Shown here one piece after another: positions 26,728-38,800 of a DNA stretch of 58,972 nt (positions within the stretch are counted from its first letter, which is position 1; each line of letters begins with the position of its first letter). The DNA is taken from assembly GCA_030167865.1 (NCBI GenBank), contig JALAGF010002723.1:1-58972 (forward strand), read 5' to 3'. The position numbers and the translations under genes were made by a program. Origin of the DNA: Craspedostauros australis. Lineage: Eukaryota. The notes below the pieces were generated by a model, which saw nothing but the letters and a program-made list of their open reading frames with translations, ran no database searches and had not been told where the DNA came from.

Positions 26728-27694
26728 CTAAGCGGCCTTCTCGGCACGGCACTTCTTCCAGCATTCACCATCGAAGAGATCGCACTGGTCGCACTCCCAT
26801 GGGAACTCCTTGTTTCGGATGCCCATGTACTCTGGAAGGGCGCCGTGGGGACGATGCTCGTGCTCCATGGTGAGCATGTCCTTGGTCATGGCGAATGTGC
26901 AGATTGGGCCACAGACCAAGATGCTGATCTTGATCCATGTCCAGAGCTCCTTCCATTCCTCCGCAATGGACTTGTGCGGGTTGGCGGCTGCCAGCTCCTT
27001 CTGGTATGCGACGCGAGCACGGATCTGGGCGGCGGCCTCGGCCCGCATCTCCTCTGGAGTTCCCAGGCGTGGGACGGTGCGGACGTTGCGCCGGGTTGTG
27101 GTGACGGCCATGCGGCGCGCCAAGAGGCTGGTGGATCTGGCGACGAAAGACTGCGCACGCCAGTACGAATAGAGTAGAGCACAGCAGCGGAATGGTTCCA
27201 TTGATTTGCGTTTGGAATGTGGCATAATATGGGTTGGTGGATTAATCAAATCGTTGGGCAAGGTCATGGCAATAAATAAAATAGACGTAGACAGCAGATT
27301 AGTCCAGTTCAGAACAGCGGAAAAAGTTAGGAGAAAAGAATCGAACACGGCAAAACTGAGAGATCGTCATTTGAATTCGAAACCACATCAAAGCGGCATG
27401 CTGCTGCAGTTGATTCCACATAGTATGGCATTGCCGTGGGTGGGATGAATCGGACGATGATATGTGCCAAAGGAACGCTGCTGCTTGGTCCAGTCCAGTG
27501 ACACGGAGTTTGAACGCGCTGATGCCGTTCGGGCGGTCCTTGATGCTCATTGGAAACGGAGCTTGAAGTGGTATCATTTGCTCTGCCATCGTGATCGAGC
27601 GATCAGGGGACTACGATGCCAACAACTTCGATCGTTGCCGATGTTACGCATGAGCGTCTCTTCCCTCCCTGGCCTCGCTGGTGCTACTCACCAT
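26728..27694 (-). CDS. COX6A: Cytochrome c oxidase subunit VIa (COX6A/COX13-like); coding exon 1 is the ATG alone (27694-27692), exon 2 is 27150-26728, ~141 aa
   Basis: ccaccATG|GTGAGT at 27694 and GCGCAG|TCT at 27150 give MSFVARSTSLLARR (mitochondrial presequence). One TM (WTWIKISILVCGPICTFA), then HEH and YMGIRNKEFPW, the COX6A signature. Confidence 0.8.
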
Positions 27695-28920
27695 GGTGGA
27701 CACTTCTGTTTGTGTTCGATGTCAGCCGGCGCTGTTGTTGATGATGCCAGGAAGGGTTGCTGGTGGTGTGATTCCTGTTGCTGTTGATGTCGGCAACTCC
27801 GTCGTCATGGTCAATCTCGCACGAAGTCGCTGCCTCGCTTTTTGTTCGTTCAGTCTTCTTGTTGTCGAAGTGTTCGGTTTTCACTGGAATGCGGAATGCG
27901 GAATCTCAGATGTGGCTCTGAATCACGATACATCCCAAATGTCTGATACGACTATCTCTGAGACATAACCATGTCGCACACGAAAGAACCGTTTGGCGTT
28001 GGGAGGCGAATTTTTTGGCAACACCAACAACACGCAGATTTCCACGACACGCGTGGATGCATTACGAACATTGTCGCGAAGCAACCACATGGCGCCAACA
28101 CGTGAGAGCGTGACGAAACACGAGTGAGAACGGTTGCGTTGCGTGGGCACGACCGAGAATCACGGTGACGGTGGCAGGAACAGCGAAAAAGCGCCGAAAC
28201 AAGGCAAGAGGCAAAGTGGAAACAACACCCAACAACAACGACGACAGCGACGACGACAACAGCAACGGCAACCTCGGCATCAGTATCAGCACCAATACAA
28301 GCAGACCGACTGTATTCATCAAACAACCAGCACTGTAAGGAGCAACATGAACATGTCCATGGATGTGGACAAGGAGACGGCAATGACGACGGCAATGATG
28401 GCGATGACGATGACGAGGATGAAGCAAAGATAGAGATCGTGGGCACAGCACACCAATGTTCGTTTGCGTTCGACCAATGACTCGAGCCAGCTGCTTCGCC
28501 TTTTCGCAAAACTAACGCGGATTTTGGTTTTTCGATCGCCCTTTGTTGGCCTTTGTTGGATCTTCTATGCGTATGTGTCATATGCATCTGTCCTGGCTCT
28601 CACACCGATATCATCCTTCTGCATTCTCTGCATCTCCACTGTTGGACTTCTTCCAACACGTTGTCGAACATGCGCATCAATTTCGAAACGATCGGCTTGC
28701 CACCGAATCCTGTCGAATGGATGGATCCACGCAATACAACGTGATCGGCTGCGCCTCGTTTTCCTCCACTTCGACACGCGCATCTGCTCCTGGACAAACA
28801 CCCCGCACGAATGAACCAATCTCGACATCACCAACCACTACCATTCACAGTGCTCTGCACAACTAGCCACACAACACATAAACAAACAAACAAACAAACA
28901 AACACATACACACATTCAAC

Positions 28921-29682
28921 ATGGGAGACGAGAACAACTTTTTCGGAATGCCACCAGCCGAGGAACCAGCTGCCGCCCCACCAGCCGCCGAAGAGGCCGG
29001 ATTCACCATGATCGGAGACGCGGCACCACCGACCGAGGCACCGCCGCAGTTTGCCGGAGATCTCAACGAGACCATGGACAACACATTCGCGCAGCCTGCT
29101 CCGATGATGGATGAAACTCCCGACTTTGCCTCTCCGGTTGCTGACTTCGCCTCGCCACCAGTCACCGATTTTGCTTCCCCACCTGCCACCGACTTCGCTT
29201 CTCCACCGGAGGTCGAGGAGTCGGCAGCCCCAATCCTCCTGGGCGCACCACCAGCCATGGTCGAGGACATGCCGGCCCCAGTTGCCGTGGAGGACGTCTC
29301 AGAGGAGCCAGTCTCGACGGAGCCATCTCCAATGCAGAAATGGAACGAGGAGTGGACAAAGACCCTTCAGGCCCGCAAGGAGGAAGAGAATGCCGCCAAG
29401 GCCGCCATGGTCGAGAAGGCTCGTGAGGAGCTGGAGGCATTCCAGAAGAAGCGCGAGATGGCGCGCGAAAAGAGAATGGCCAAGAACCGCGAGGACGAAC
29501 AGGCAAAGCTTGAGGCGATCGAGGCTGATCTGGAGAACGACAACTCGTGGCAGCGAGTCTGCAAGATGGTCGAGCTTTCGCACGACTCTGCCGGAAACGC
29601 CGAGGACACGAAGCGCATGCGTGACATCCTGATCTTGCTGAAGAACGAGCCAGCAAGAGCACAAGCTGTCGGGGCCGAGTAA
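28921..29682 (+). CDS. CLC: Clathrin light chain
   Basis: Acidic Pro-rich N-terminus, KWNEEW-initiated long charged helix (AREELEAF...NREDE), then NSWQRVCKMVEL and DTKRMRDILILLK at the C-terminus. Confidence 0.85.
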   Translation: MGDENNFFGMPPAEEPAAAPPAAEEAGFTMIGDAAPPTEAPPQFAGDLNETMDNTFAQPAPMMDETPDFASPVADFASPPVTDFASPPATDFASPPEVEESAAPILLGAPPAMVEDMPAPVAVEDVSEEPVSTEPSPMQKWNEEWTKTLQARKEEENAAKAAMVEKAREELEAFQKKREMAREKRMAKNREDEQAKLEAIEADLENDNSWQRVCKMVELSHDSAGNAEDTKRMRDILILLKNEPARAQAVGAE

Positions 29683-31349
29683 GTTTGGTACTCTCTGCAG
29701 CAGAACAGAACAGAACACATTACCAGTACATGGCAATTGAAATGGCAGAGGCATGAACAACGAAAGATCTCCGTAATGGATGAGTGGATGGCTCTTGGAT
29801 GTCTGATGAAGGGCACCTGTGGGTGCAACTGCTGACAGCCGCATGGCGTCCACCACATTCTATGATATTATATGATGGATTGGATGAACTACGGGACGCA
29901 AGAGAGGAGGGGATTGAGGAAGAGTTGAAAGCAAGCATCTGAACAGCACATCACAGCGTAAGACTACATCGTATAACGTAGTCTTCTATGAACCACGACC
30001 ATCACAACCGAAAGGATAGGAAACGCTGCATCATGTGATACATCACTGGAGAGCCGCAGTCGGTGCCTCCCATCCTATTTTTGCAAATCTCTCCACGAAA
30101 AGTGGAAGTCTATGATGTCAATATAGATGTATCGGCCGAGTCGTCGGCTATCAATTGGAATGAATCACGACCTCGTTGAATCGTGTCACCAAAGGCACAA
30201 TCGTGGGAAGAACAAGAACGAGAAATTTGAGGTGTCATCGTCCATCGACGAAATGATGCCGAGGGGCGAATCGCGGTGAATCGGAAAGAACGGCAACAAC
30301 ACGACGAAATACTTCACTCTCCACCACGAGCACCACGACAACGAAGAAGAGGACAGAGAGGAGAAAAAACAGAACTCCTGCTGTCAAGGAAAGAGAGAAG
30401 GACCGCACAGACGTAATCAACCAACCAACCAACGAACGAACAGGAAGGCAACCATTCGTTCGTTTTCGTTGTGGCTGTCACCGCCGCACACACGTTTCGC
30501 CATCTCCGGAAGCAAGGAGAGGGAGGATCTCATACCATTCCCTTACCTGCGTACTGATACATGGTGACACGCATCATCACAGTCCACCTTTCCATCAACA
30601 ACACCATCGGACCAAAGGAGCAACAACAACAGAACAACAACTAGCGTAGCGTGCGAATACAGGTCACGTTGCCATCACCCATCCTTACTCTCCACGAGTG
30701 TTGCTGTACCACAGTCTCTCTCTCGCACAAAACCTCAGTGCAAAAATCGCTTCAATCGCAGTCTTGTTCACATCCAAGAGAAGCAGAACGAGCAGGGGCA
30801 GCAGCAACAACAGCAACAACGACCTCTCTCGTCATCTCCATCACCTTCTTTGCTATTCCATCCTCATCTGAGTCGGTGATTGATACCTGGTTCAACAGTG
30901 AACGCTTCATTCAACATCCACGTTTGATATCGCCACTGTCTGCGACGGAATCAGGGTACACTCGTATTATTGCTCGCATGGGAGGCATAGCATTACTCAA
31001 CCACACAATCACAACAAGCAAACGAAATAGAGAGCACTTGACTGCGATCACAACAGCAACAGCAGCAGCAACATCGTCATCTCACAGAACAAACATCCGA
31101 GGCCAGAGCCAGTTGGAGCCCAAAAAGTGCGCCACGTCTGATCTCAGAGCTGAGCGCTTCATTCCACTTCACACATTACAGCAGACTGTGCCATACTATC
31201 GTAGCGTAGAGCACTCTCCACGCAGAGTACTCTGTACGTGCTTGCATTGTCATACTCAAAGACCAGCATCACACTGCAGTGCTACTGCTGCACGCACGTA
31301 TTGAGGATTCTATCCCATCACACCACAACACATTTCCAAAACGATCACA

Positions 31350-34300
31350 ATGAATCTCACGTCTCCCGACGAGGACCCGTTGCTTCCAACGTCCCAAACT
31401 GCTCCCAGCTCCAACTCGCACATGCCCCAGCTTCCTCTGCATACTTACCAGAACGTGGCCCCGGCAAACAACGACGCAAGGGGGAGCGATGGCAACGAAA
31501 TCTGGGACCAGCTTGATGACCATGAAGCGATGGAAGTTCGGCAGCACCAATCCAGGTTTTCACAGCCGCAGGCATTCGAATCGCGATCCAATCCGCTGGT
31601 TGTCTTAGGTAGCATGGTGGGCACCTCCTTGCAGCACGCAGCCGACCAAACCTACCAGAATGCCGCGCTGCTTCGGCAGCATCTCAATGATGCAAACCGA
31701 CCTGCGATCTATCAACCGCCCATGTGGTCTCCCGATGGTGCTCAGGACATTGAGCGCGGACAGCAACAGCCACAGCAGCAGCAACAGGTCGCAGTGCCAC
31801 ATGGGTATGGATACAATCAGGCTCATGCGCACACTTCTGGTCAAGGGCATGCTACGAGTAGTACCTACACCCACAGTCGAAACGGCGCCCGCAGTTACTT
31901 CAACACCGCCACCAACAACAACGGGGGCAAGGTCCAGCGATATGCTCCCCTGCCAGTCATGGATGAGAATGATGTCAACTTGGGAACGAGTCATGGTTCC
32001 ATCCCTTTGGATGCCACGCTGCTTCAAAGCACGACAGCAAGCCCCCATCATTCACATCATCCACAGTTCCCCCAGCATTCGCAGAACTCACACCATGCGC
32101 AATACCAGCAACAGAAACGACAAGAGAATGGAAGACCCCACGGTCAACAAGGGAACTCGGAAGGTTTCGAATCAATTTACGGTGTGCAGTCGATTGCAAA
32201 ATCGGTCTTCCTCAAAGTTGCATCGTTCCCCAATCGGGCCCAGCACGACGGATGGGGCGCGGTGCCCAATGTGGATCTCTTCCTCTCGCACTTGTACACC
32301 TACTACTACAACCGCGGCCTGGTTCCGATCCTGTGCAAGGGCATGGTGGAGATCATCACAATGTGCATCACTTTGGGTCTTTCCGCCGTCTTGTTGGGGC
32401 ATGTTGATTGGCAACAGGTGTGGCAGTGTCAGGATGAGGAAACGTGTCACGCACATGTGCAGGACTACCTCGTGTGGTCTTCATCGGACACAGCGACATC
32501 TACTGCGACACATTCCTTCATGTACAAGGTGTGGAAGAACTTCGTCATCCCGACCTACATCGTTGTCTTTGGTACATACACGATCTTCACCGCATGGCAG
32601 TTTTGGCAGCAGGTTCAGCACGCGATCATGGCAAAGAACGTGCTGGAGGATAAGCTGGGTTTCGCATCAAGGAAGCTGCTCGGTGGCTCCATCGCCTGGG
32701 AGGACATTGTCAAGCAGCTTGTCCACGTCCAAGAGGCTGGAACATTCCGCTTCATGATCAACTACGGCAATGGCAATGGTGGCAGCAACGCCAGCAGCAA
32801 CGCTTCTTCTCTGTCGCAATCACCATCCTCATCCCTCACAAAGCCGGCCAGATTTGAAAGAACTCCCCAGCGTGCCTCACAGCACCCGCAACATCAGTCC
32901 TCAAACCCCGTTCACGGTACTGCACAATCACACATGGGCCAAACGACAGGCACTTCCAGTCCAAGCGCATCCCAGAGTCCAGGCAACAGTTTCGGCACCG
33001 AATGCAGCACCGACAGCAACTCCAGCAACGAGCAGCTCAATATTAGATCGACCGTCTCCGTGATGCAGGGTAACCATGCGACACTTCCGATGACACCAGA
33101 ACAACGACAGTCTCCGAGCGATGAACTTGGAAACACTGCTGGCGACAATGGCCAAACTTCGCCACCGTCTGCGATGGCCACATCCGTACTAGATGCACAC
33201 GAGCAGAAGCAGGATAGTACAGCCCGCAGCTCGTCTCCTCACTTGCCAACGCAGATACCAACGCAGATGCAGGTGGAGGCAGGAGAACAGCTGCAGCAGG
33301 TCTCGCAATCCACGTCAGGCCTGAGCATCTTGGAAGTAGCGCAGCGCATCATGAGGAAGGACAACTTCTTGGTGGCCTTGTGGAATCAGGGCGACCGCTT
33401 GTTGGATTGCACAGTCGGCGGACGCATGTACTTTGGTGCCACGCTGGAATGGTCGCTGCATTTCTGCATCACCAACTTCATGTTCAACCACAAGTACCAA
33501 GTGCGCCCAGCCTTCGTACAGGATCCAGTTGCGTTGGAGCAGCGGTTCCGCCTCGTGGGGTATCTGCACATCATCTTCATGCCCTTCGTTCTTGTGTTTC
33601 AGATCATGCATTTCGCGTTGCAGAATGTGTATGAATTCCAACGCAGCAACACTTACTTCGGTGGAAAGGACTGGTCCAGGGCGGCCAAGTGGACGTTCCG
33701 CGAGTTCAACGAGCTACCGCACGTCTTCGATGCCAGGATGGAGCCCAGCTACAAGGCCGCGGACGAGTACTTTGGCCTGTTCGGCTCCAGCGAGGTGCTT
33801 CTGGCGCTTGGTCATCTTCTGGTGTTCGTTGGCGGTGCCACCGGTGGCGTCCTCCTCATCCTGGCCGCCATGAACGATGCCTTGCTCCTGCATGTCCAGT
33901 ACGGCGGGAGGAATTTGGTGTGGTACGCCGGTATCGCAGGCATCGTGTACTCCGTGGGCAAGTCGCTGTCCCCAACCAACAAGCCACGGATGGTGTCGCA
34001 CAACCTGTACAAGGACATGGACACAGCCCTGCTGGGCGTGGCCGAGCACACGCACTTTTACCCCGACATCTGGAAGAACAGGGGCTGGGAATCCTCCGTC
34101 CACGGCGCGCTGTCCAAGCTGATGGATTCCAAGGTGAAGCTCCTGCTCTACGAACTCGCCAGCGTCGTCCTTGCTCCCTACATCCTGATCTGCAAGTGGG
34201 CGCCGGCCGCGGATAAGATTTGCAACTTTTGCCAGTCCACCCGGCACCGGCTGCGTGGCCCAGGAGCAGGTGACGTCTGCGGATACTCCACGTTCGACTT

Positions 34301-34730
34301 CAACCTATACGGCGACGAAGCGTGGGACGGCTGCACCATGTGCGACCGCGCCACCCCGCAGAAAGGGAACGCACGACGCAATGCCACCCGATCGAAACCG
34401 ACCGACCTGGAGAAGTCCACCCTGGGCGACACCATCCTGAACGAGCCCAACCACAGATCCTCGTGGACGAACCGCAACCTCGCACCTCCAAGCGGAACGC
34501 CGAAGGCCCGGCACGGCAAGATGGAGAAGTCGCTGCTGAACTTCCGCGCGGCCAACCCGGGTTGGGAGTGCCGCAATCCCGGCGGGCAATCGATGTTGCT
34601 GCGTTTGGAACAGCAGCAGCACGCTGCCGCGCTGGCGGAGGAACGGCAGATGCACATTGACGCCGCCAAGCGCCAGCTGCGGACCTTGGATATGTTGGAA
34701 CAGCAGCAGCAGCAACAATTCAGCGCGTAG
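31350..34730 (+). CDS. ATG9: Autophagy-related protein 9 (lipid scramblase)
   Basis: WGAVPNVDLFLSHLYTYYYNRG, VAQRIMRKDNFLVAL, LEWSLHFC, WSRAAKWTFREFNELPHVF, GDVCGYSTFDF and GKMEKSLLNFRAANPGW. Confidence 0.93.
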   Translation: MNLTSPDEDPLLPTSQTAPSSNSHMPQLPLHTYQNVAPANNDARGSDGNEIWDQLDDHEAMEVRQHQSRFSQPQAFESRSNPLVVLGSMVGTSLQHAADQTYQNAALLRQHLNDANRPAIYQPPMWSPDGAQDIERGQQQPQQQQQVAVPHGYGYNQAHAHTSGQGHATSSTYTHSRNGARSYFNTATNNNGGKVQRYAPLPVMDENDVNLGTSHGSIPLDATLLQSTTASPHHSHHPQFPQHSQNSHHAQYQQQKRQENGRPHGQQGNSEGFESIYGVQSIAKSVFLKVASFPNRAQHDGWGAVPNVDLFLSHLYTYYYNRGLVPILCKGMVEIITMCITLGLSAVLLGHVDWQQVWQCQDEETCHAHVQDYLVWSSSDTATSTATHSFMYKVWKNFVIPTYIVVFGTYTIFTAWQFWQQVQHAIMAKNVLEDKLGFASRKLLGGSIAWEDIVKQLVHVQEAGTFRFMINYGNGNGGSNASSNASSLSQSPSSSLTKPARFERTPQRASQHPQHQSSNPVHGTAQSHMGQTTGTSSPSASQSPGNSFGTECSTDSNSSNEQLNIRSTVSVMQGNHATLPMTPEQRQSPSDELGNTAGDNGQTSPPSAMATSVLDAHEQKQDSTARSSSPHLPTQIPTQMQVEAGEQLQQVSQSTSGLSILEVAQRIMRKDNFLVALWNQGDRLLDCTVGGRMYFGATLEWSLHFCITNFMFNHKYQVRPAFVQDPVALEQRFRLVGYLHIIFMPFVLVFQIMHFALQNVYEFQRSNTYFGGKDWSRAAKWTFREFNELPHVFDARMEPSYKAADEYFGLFGSSEVLLALGHLLVFVGGATGGVLLILAAMNDALLLHVQYGGRNLVWYAGIAGIVYSVGKSLSPTNKPRMVSHNLYKDMDTALLGVAEHTHFYPDIWKNRGWESSVHGALSKLMDSKVKLLLYELASVVLAPYILICKWAPAADKICNFCQSTRHRLRGPGAGDVCGYSTFDFNLYGDEAWDGCTMCDRATPQKGNARRNATRSKPTDLEKSTLGDTILNEPNHRSSWTNRNLAPPSGTPKARHGKMEKSLLNFRAANPGWECRNPGGQSMLLRLEQQQHAAALAEERQMHIDAAKRQLRTLDMLEQQQQQQFSA

Positions 34731-35877
34731 CTACTGTGAAGTGACGCGCACGTGTCATCATCACAGGAGAGTAATAATCGTATGATAGAGCCGTAACATG
34801 TCGAACATCTGGTTTGGAGAGTATGCACGTTTGCACTGGCGCTTGTGTGTGTAGTCGTGTCGTGCGATGTTGGGCCACGAACGCTCTCTGGGACAGAAGT
34901 CGGTGCCGAACCAAGCGACGCCGTTTCCTGGTTACCGTTCGCGTGGGTTGGTCATGGCATAGCAACCTATGGAGATAAATCTAGAGAAGGAGAAATACTC
35001 GGCCCTTCGCGAAATTTCTGGTCTTGGGCGAACATCAAAGAAGGCTGCACAGAAACCTTGTGACACCACTCAGAGCCAACACGACGCAACACGACGCAAC
35101 ACGATGGAACATGACAAATTTCTGGACGTGGCTTCTCGCGCGAAAAGCAAAGAGGCAGAGAGAAGCTCCAAGCACTGCCGCCACGACCACGACCACCACC
35201 ACCACACACGCCAAGAAAAGACCATCGAAGAGACATCAGCCAACACCTCTCCTTGCGGGCACGCAGTTGGCACAAGACGAAGAGCTCCATCGTTGGTCGC
35301 AATCATTGTGCGTGGAGTTGATCGATTTCATCGTCGAACGACCAGCAAAGAAGCAGACACTGCTGTCGTGCCAAGGGCATTCCGTGTGATCCCTGTGCAG
35401 TGTTCTTGCGATCCACCCTGCCGCGACTGCGGACCTTCGCACGAGTGCATGCGAGCAGAGCTATCACATGCACCGCAGGCACGTCCGCATCCATCATATC
35501 CATCCATTTCGTCAACCAGCGCCGAACGCGCTCAGTGGAACATATTGTACTGTGGACGATCCTGCCATCACCATCAAGATTGCAAGTCGAGTGGTGCGCG
35601 AATAGTGCACCGTAGTTGCAGCGGCAGCAGTGGCAGCAGAAGTGCAAGCGCATAGACCAAATAAACCTCACCGTACTCTCTCTCTCCTTCCCTCGACAGA
35701 GACCTCTTCTGCACTCTCGGAGCAAGGACAGTATCAGCATCAGTATCAACATCAGCACCAACGAGCACATCGACAAACACAACAGCACAAGACGAGTCAT
35801 TCCATCAATCTGCTCGACGGACATCTCCTCGTATTCTCACAGCACTCTGCCACAGCACTCTGCCACTTCCGGACATC

Positions 35878-38800
35878 ATGACAACCACCAAGTCACCACC
35901 ATCAGACGCCTCCGGCTTCTTGGAGGCTCCGCCGTCGTTGCCGCGTGGGCGCTTGGCCTACGGATTCTGCGTGCGGGCATTGCGAAGACGGCTTTGGAAG
36001 GCCGTCCAGCATGAGAATGCGGACCTCATGCTGCGGCTCTACCAAGCGGACGAGCAGGACTTCACCGTCATCCTGCAGGAGGAGATCCAGGCGGAGTGGG
36101 ATCGATACAACGGCAATCTGCAAAACTCCATAGCGAAGCAGCAGGACCAGTCACGGTCGATGGCGATGAACGGCCATCGGAAGGGCAGCAAGGTGAGTGT
36201 ACCAATACCAATGTCGGCACGTTGGGGTGGTCTGCCTCCCATCTTACCACTATTTCCACTGTTCCACTGTTTCCACTCGCACTTTGTTGGTGTCGCCCAA
36301 TGTCCATCCATTCGCCCATCCGTGCGCCTATCCATTCGTCCATCCATTGCAACCACTTCGCCCACTCACTGGTGTACCTCTTCATTTGCAACTGCTTCTG
36401 CGTACTTGCACATACCAATGCCCTACCCAATCACAGCGTGGCCTTGGACTGTCATCCCAGCGCTCGAAGAGACGCAGCAAGGATGGCGATGGCATCAACG
36501 CACATGGAACACCATTCGTCAGCCGAGTCATTGCATGCATTCCAAACGAGAACGGACTCGATGCTGCAGATTCGAGCGCTGCCGCAGGTGCTCCAGGAAT
36601 CGGAGGCAAGCGGAGAATACAGGCATCCTCGGCACCGTCATCATCAACAACAACAGCGCAACCAGCTGGTTCATCGCACTTCAAACCTGCGGAACAATCA
36701 ACCGCGGTCGATGACTGGCCCCAATTTCGCAAAGGCCAGTCCATCCTCGAATTCGCATTGAGCCCATCCGATCCATTCACTCCTGATGACTTCCTGTCTC
36801 CGTACGACCCGTACACCGACGGGAGGGCAGGGACGGAGGACAGCGATGACGAGGCGGACTCCAACGATCGTGATTTCCGAAGCGGCTCACTCGCGGAACG
36901 ACGACGAAAGCGACAGATCGAGCGTCGGCAGCGGGCAGATGGGTCATCATCTTCGAACGGACCCCGCATGGCCTTCCGCCACTGGTGGGGTGGGGGCAAC
37001 AAAGGAAGCGACTTCGCCAGTAGTATCAACTCCGCGTCACGCCAAGCGTTCACCACGGGCCCGTCGCTCAATGGACCAGGACAATTCGACTCTGTTCAAC
37101 TCAGCATGAATGGTAGCAACCTCTCCGGGGACCACAATGGCGGACACGATGTGTACTGGACGACCCCTTTGCACGAAGCCGCGCGGTTGGGGTCCGGAAA
37201 GCTCATGCGATGGATGCTCGAACGAACAGTCGACGAGGCGGACCCAAACATCAAGAACGGACGAGGCCGAACCGCTCTGCACATGGTATGCGGAGGCATG
37301 ACGACGTACGAGAGGGTCTTTCAGAAATCGACCGCCAAGGGCAGATCAGGCTCCGTCAAAAAGATGGCGACGCACGCTGAGAATGGAGACCAATCTGAGG
37401 CAACACAAAATGGTGGTGACAGGCACACGGCGATGCAAACGCCAGTTGTTGGCATCGGTATTGGCATTCCCAGCATCCCACCTCATCACAACAACATCAA
37501 TGATATGGATTCGAAAGCCAAAAAGTCCAGATCAGTGGGCGGCAAAGCGAAGAAGGCCATGAGCCGCATGTTCAAATCCATGCGCTCATCCACGAAATCG
37601 AGGCAGGCGCAGAAGGGGGACGGCACCGAAAGTGATGATCTGATCGACGACCCGTTGGATGCAATCTATGGACCAACTCCGGCACGCATTATCAGAGATG
37701 CTCGCACCAGCAAACGCAAGCAAAAGCGCAAGGAGAAACTGCGACGAATCGAAGCCGACCGCATGGATGCCGTCCTTACGGTCCTTTCGTGGACTCAGCA
37801 GGCAGCGCAAGCGTCGAACGGTGCGGCCGCGCTTCCCGCATCAGCGGGAGGCCTGATGGATTCGGATCCCTTCCATCAGGGCAACGACTTTGGCGCAAGC
37901 AACGGTCCGCCTTCCGTCAACGCTGTGGACAAACTGGGCAGAACGGCGTTGCATTACGCCGCAGAGACTGGACGTGGTGATATCTGCCGATCCATCCTCT
38001 CCTCAACCTTCGGTGTCCTCCTGACCATTGTCGATGACGTCGGCGCACGCACCCCTTGCGAGTTGGCCGCGATGCATGGGCATCAAGAACTCACAGCGCA
38101 TCTCGAGGCAAGGGCCTTGCTGTACACCGACCCGTACGGAATGGAAGATGAGTACTCCGGATGGAACGTCGAAGAGGAGTACGGCTACGACGACGCGGGC
38201 AACTACCTCGTGTATGATCCGTACGAAGGACAGATAAGACAAACGCTCGACGAGGTGCTGGCGCGAAAGCGGAAGAAGCTCGCAGCTCCGTTTGGTTGGT
38301 TCGTCACCTTGGACATGGACCAGGTGAATGCGGAACGTCAAAGGCGGTTGGATAAGATTCGTCGGTACATTTTCTCGTACGTTCACAAATGGCATGCCCA
38401 GCAGATGTCAAAGATCGAGGCCAAAGCGGCCGCGAAACTTGCTCAGGACAGGTCCGAAGACATGGAAATCATGGCAGCGATCGCGGCGTTGACCAATGAA
38501 GAAAAGAAGCCACCGCCATCTGCTATCGCATCGTCGGCACCACTGACAGCAGCAGCGCATAAGAAGCCAAGTGCGAAACTAACGAAGGGCGTTGCAGTCG
38601 GCGTTGGCGTGAAGAAGTTGCAACCAGGGATGCACGTGGCAATTGGTGTCGCTGCTGGCGAAGATAATAGCGATGGTGGTAGTGACGATGACGACGATGA
38701 TGATGTGAAACCTCGTGCCGCGAAGAAGAAGGCGGCGCGTGCAAAATTCAATGCCAAAGGCACCGGCGAGGAACAAACAACCACCGGTGGTGACAGTGAT

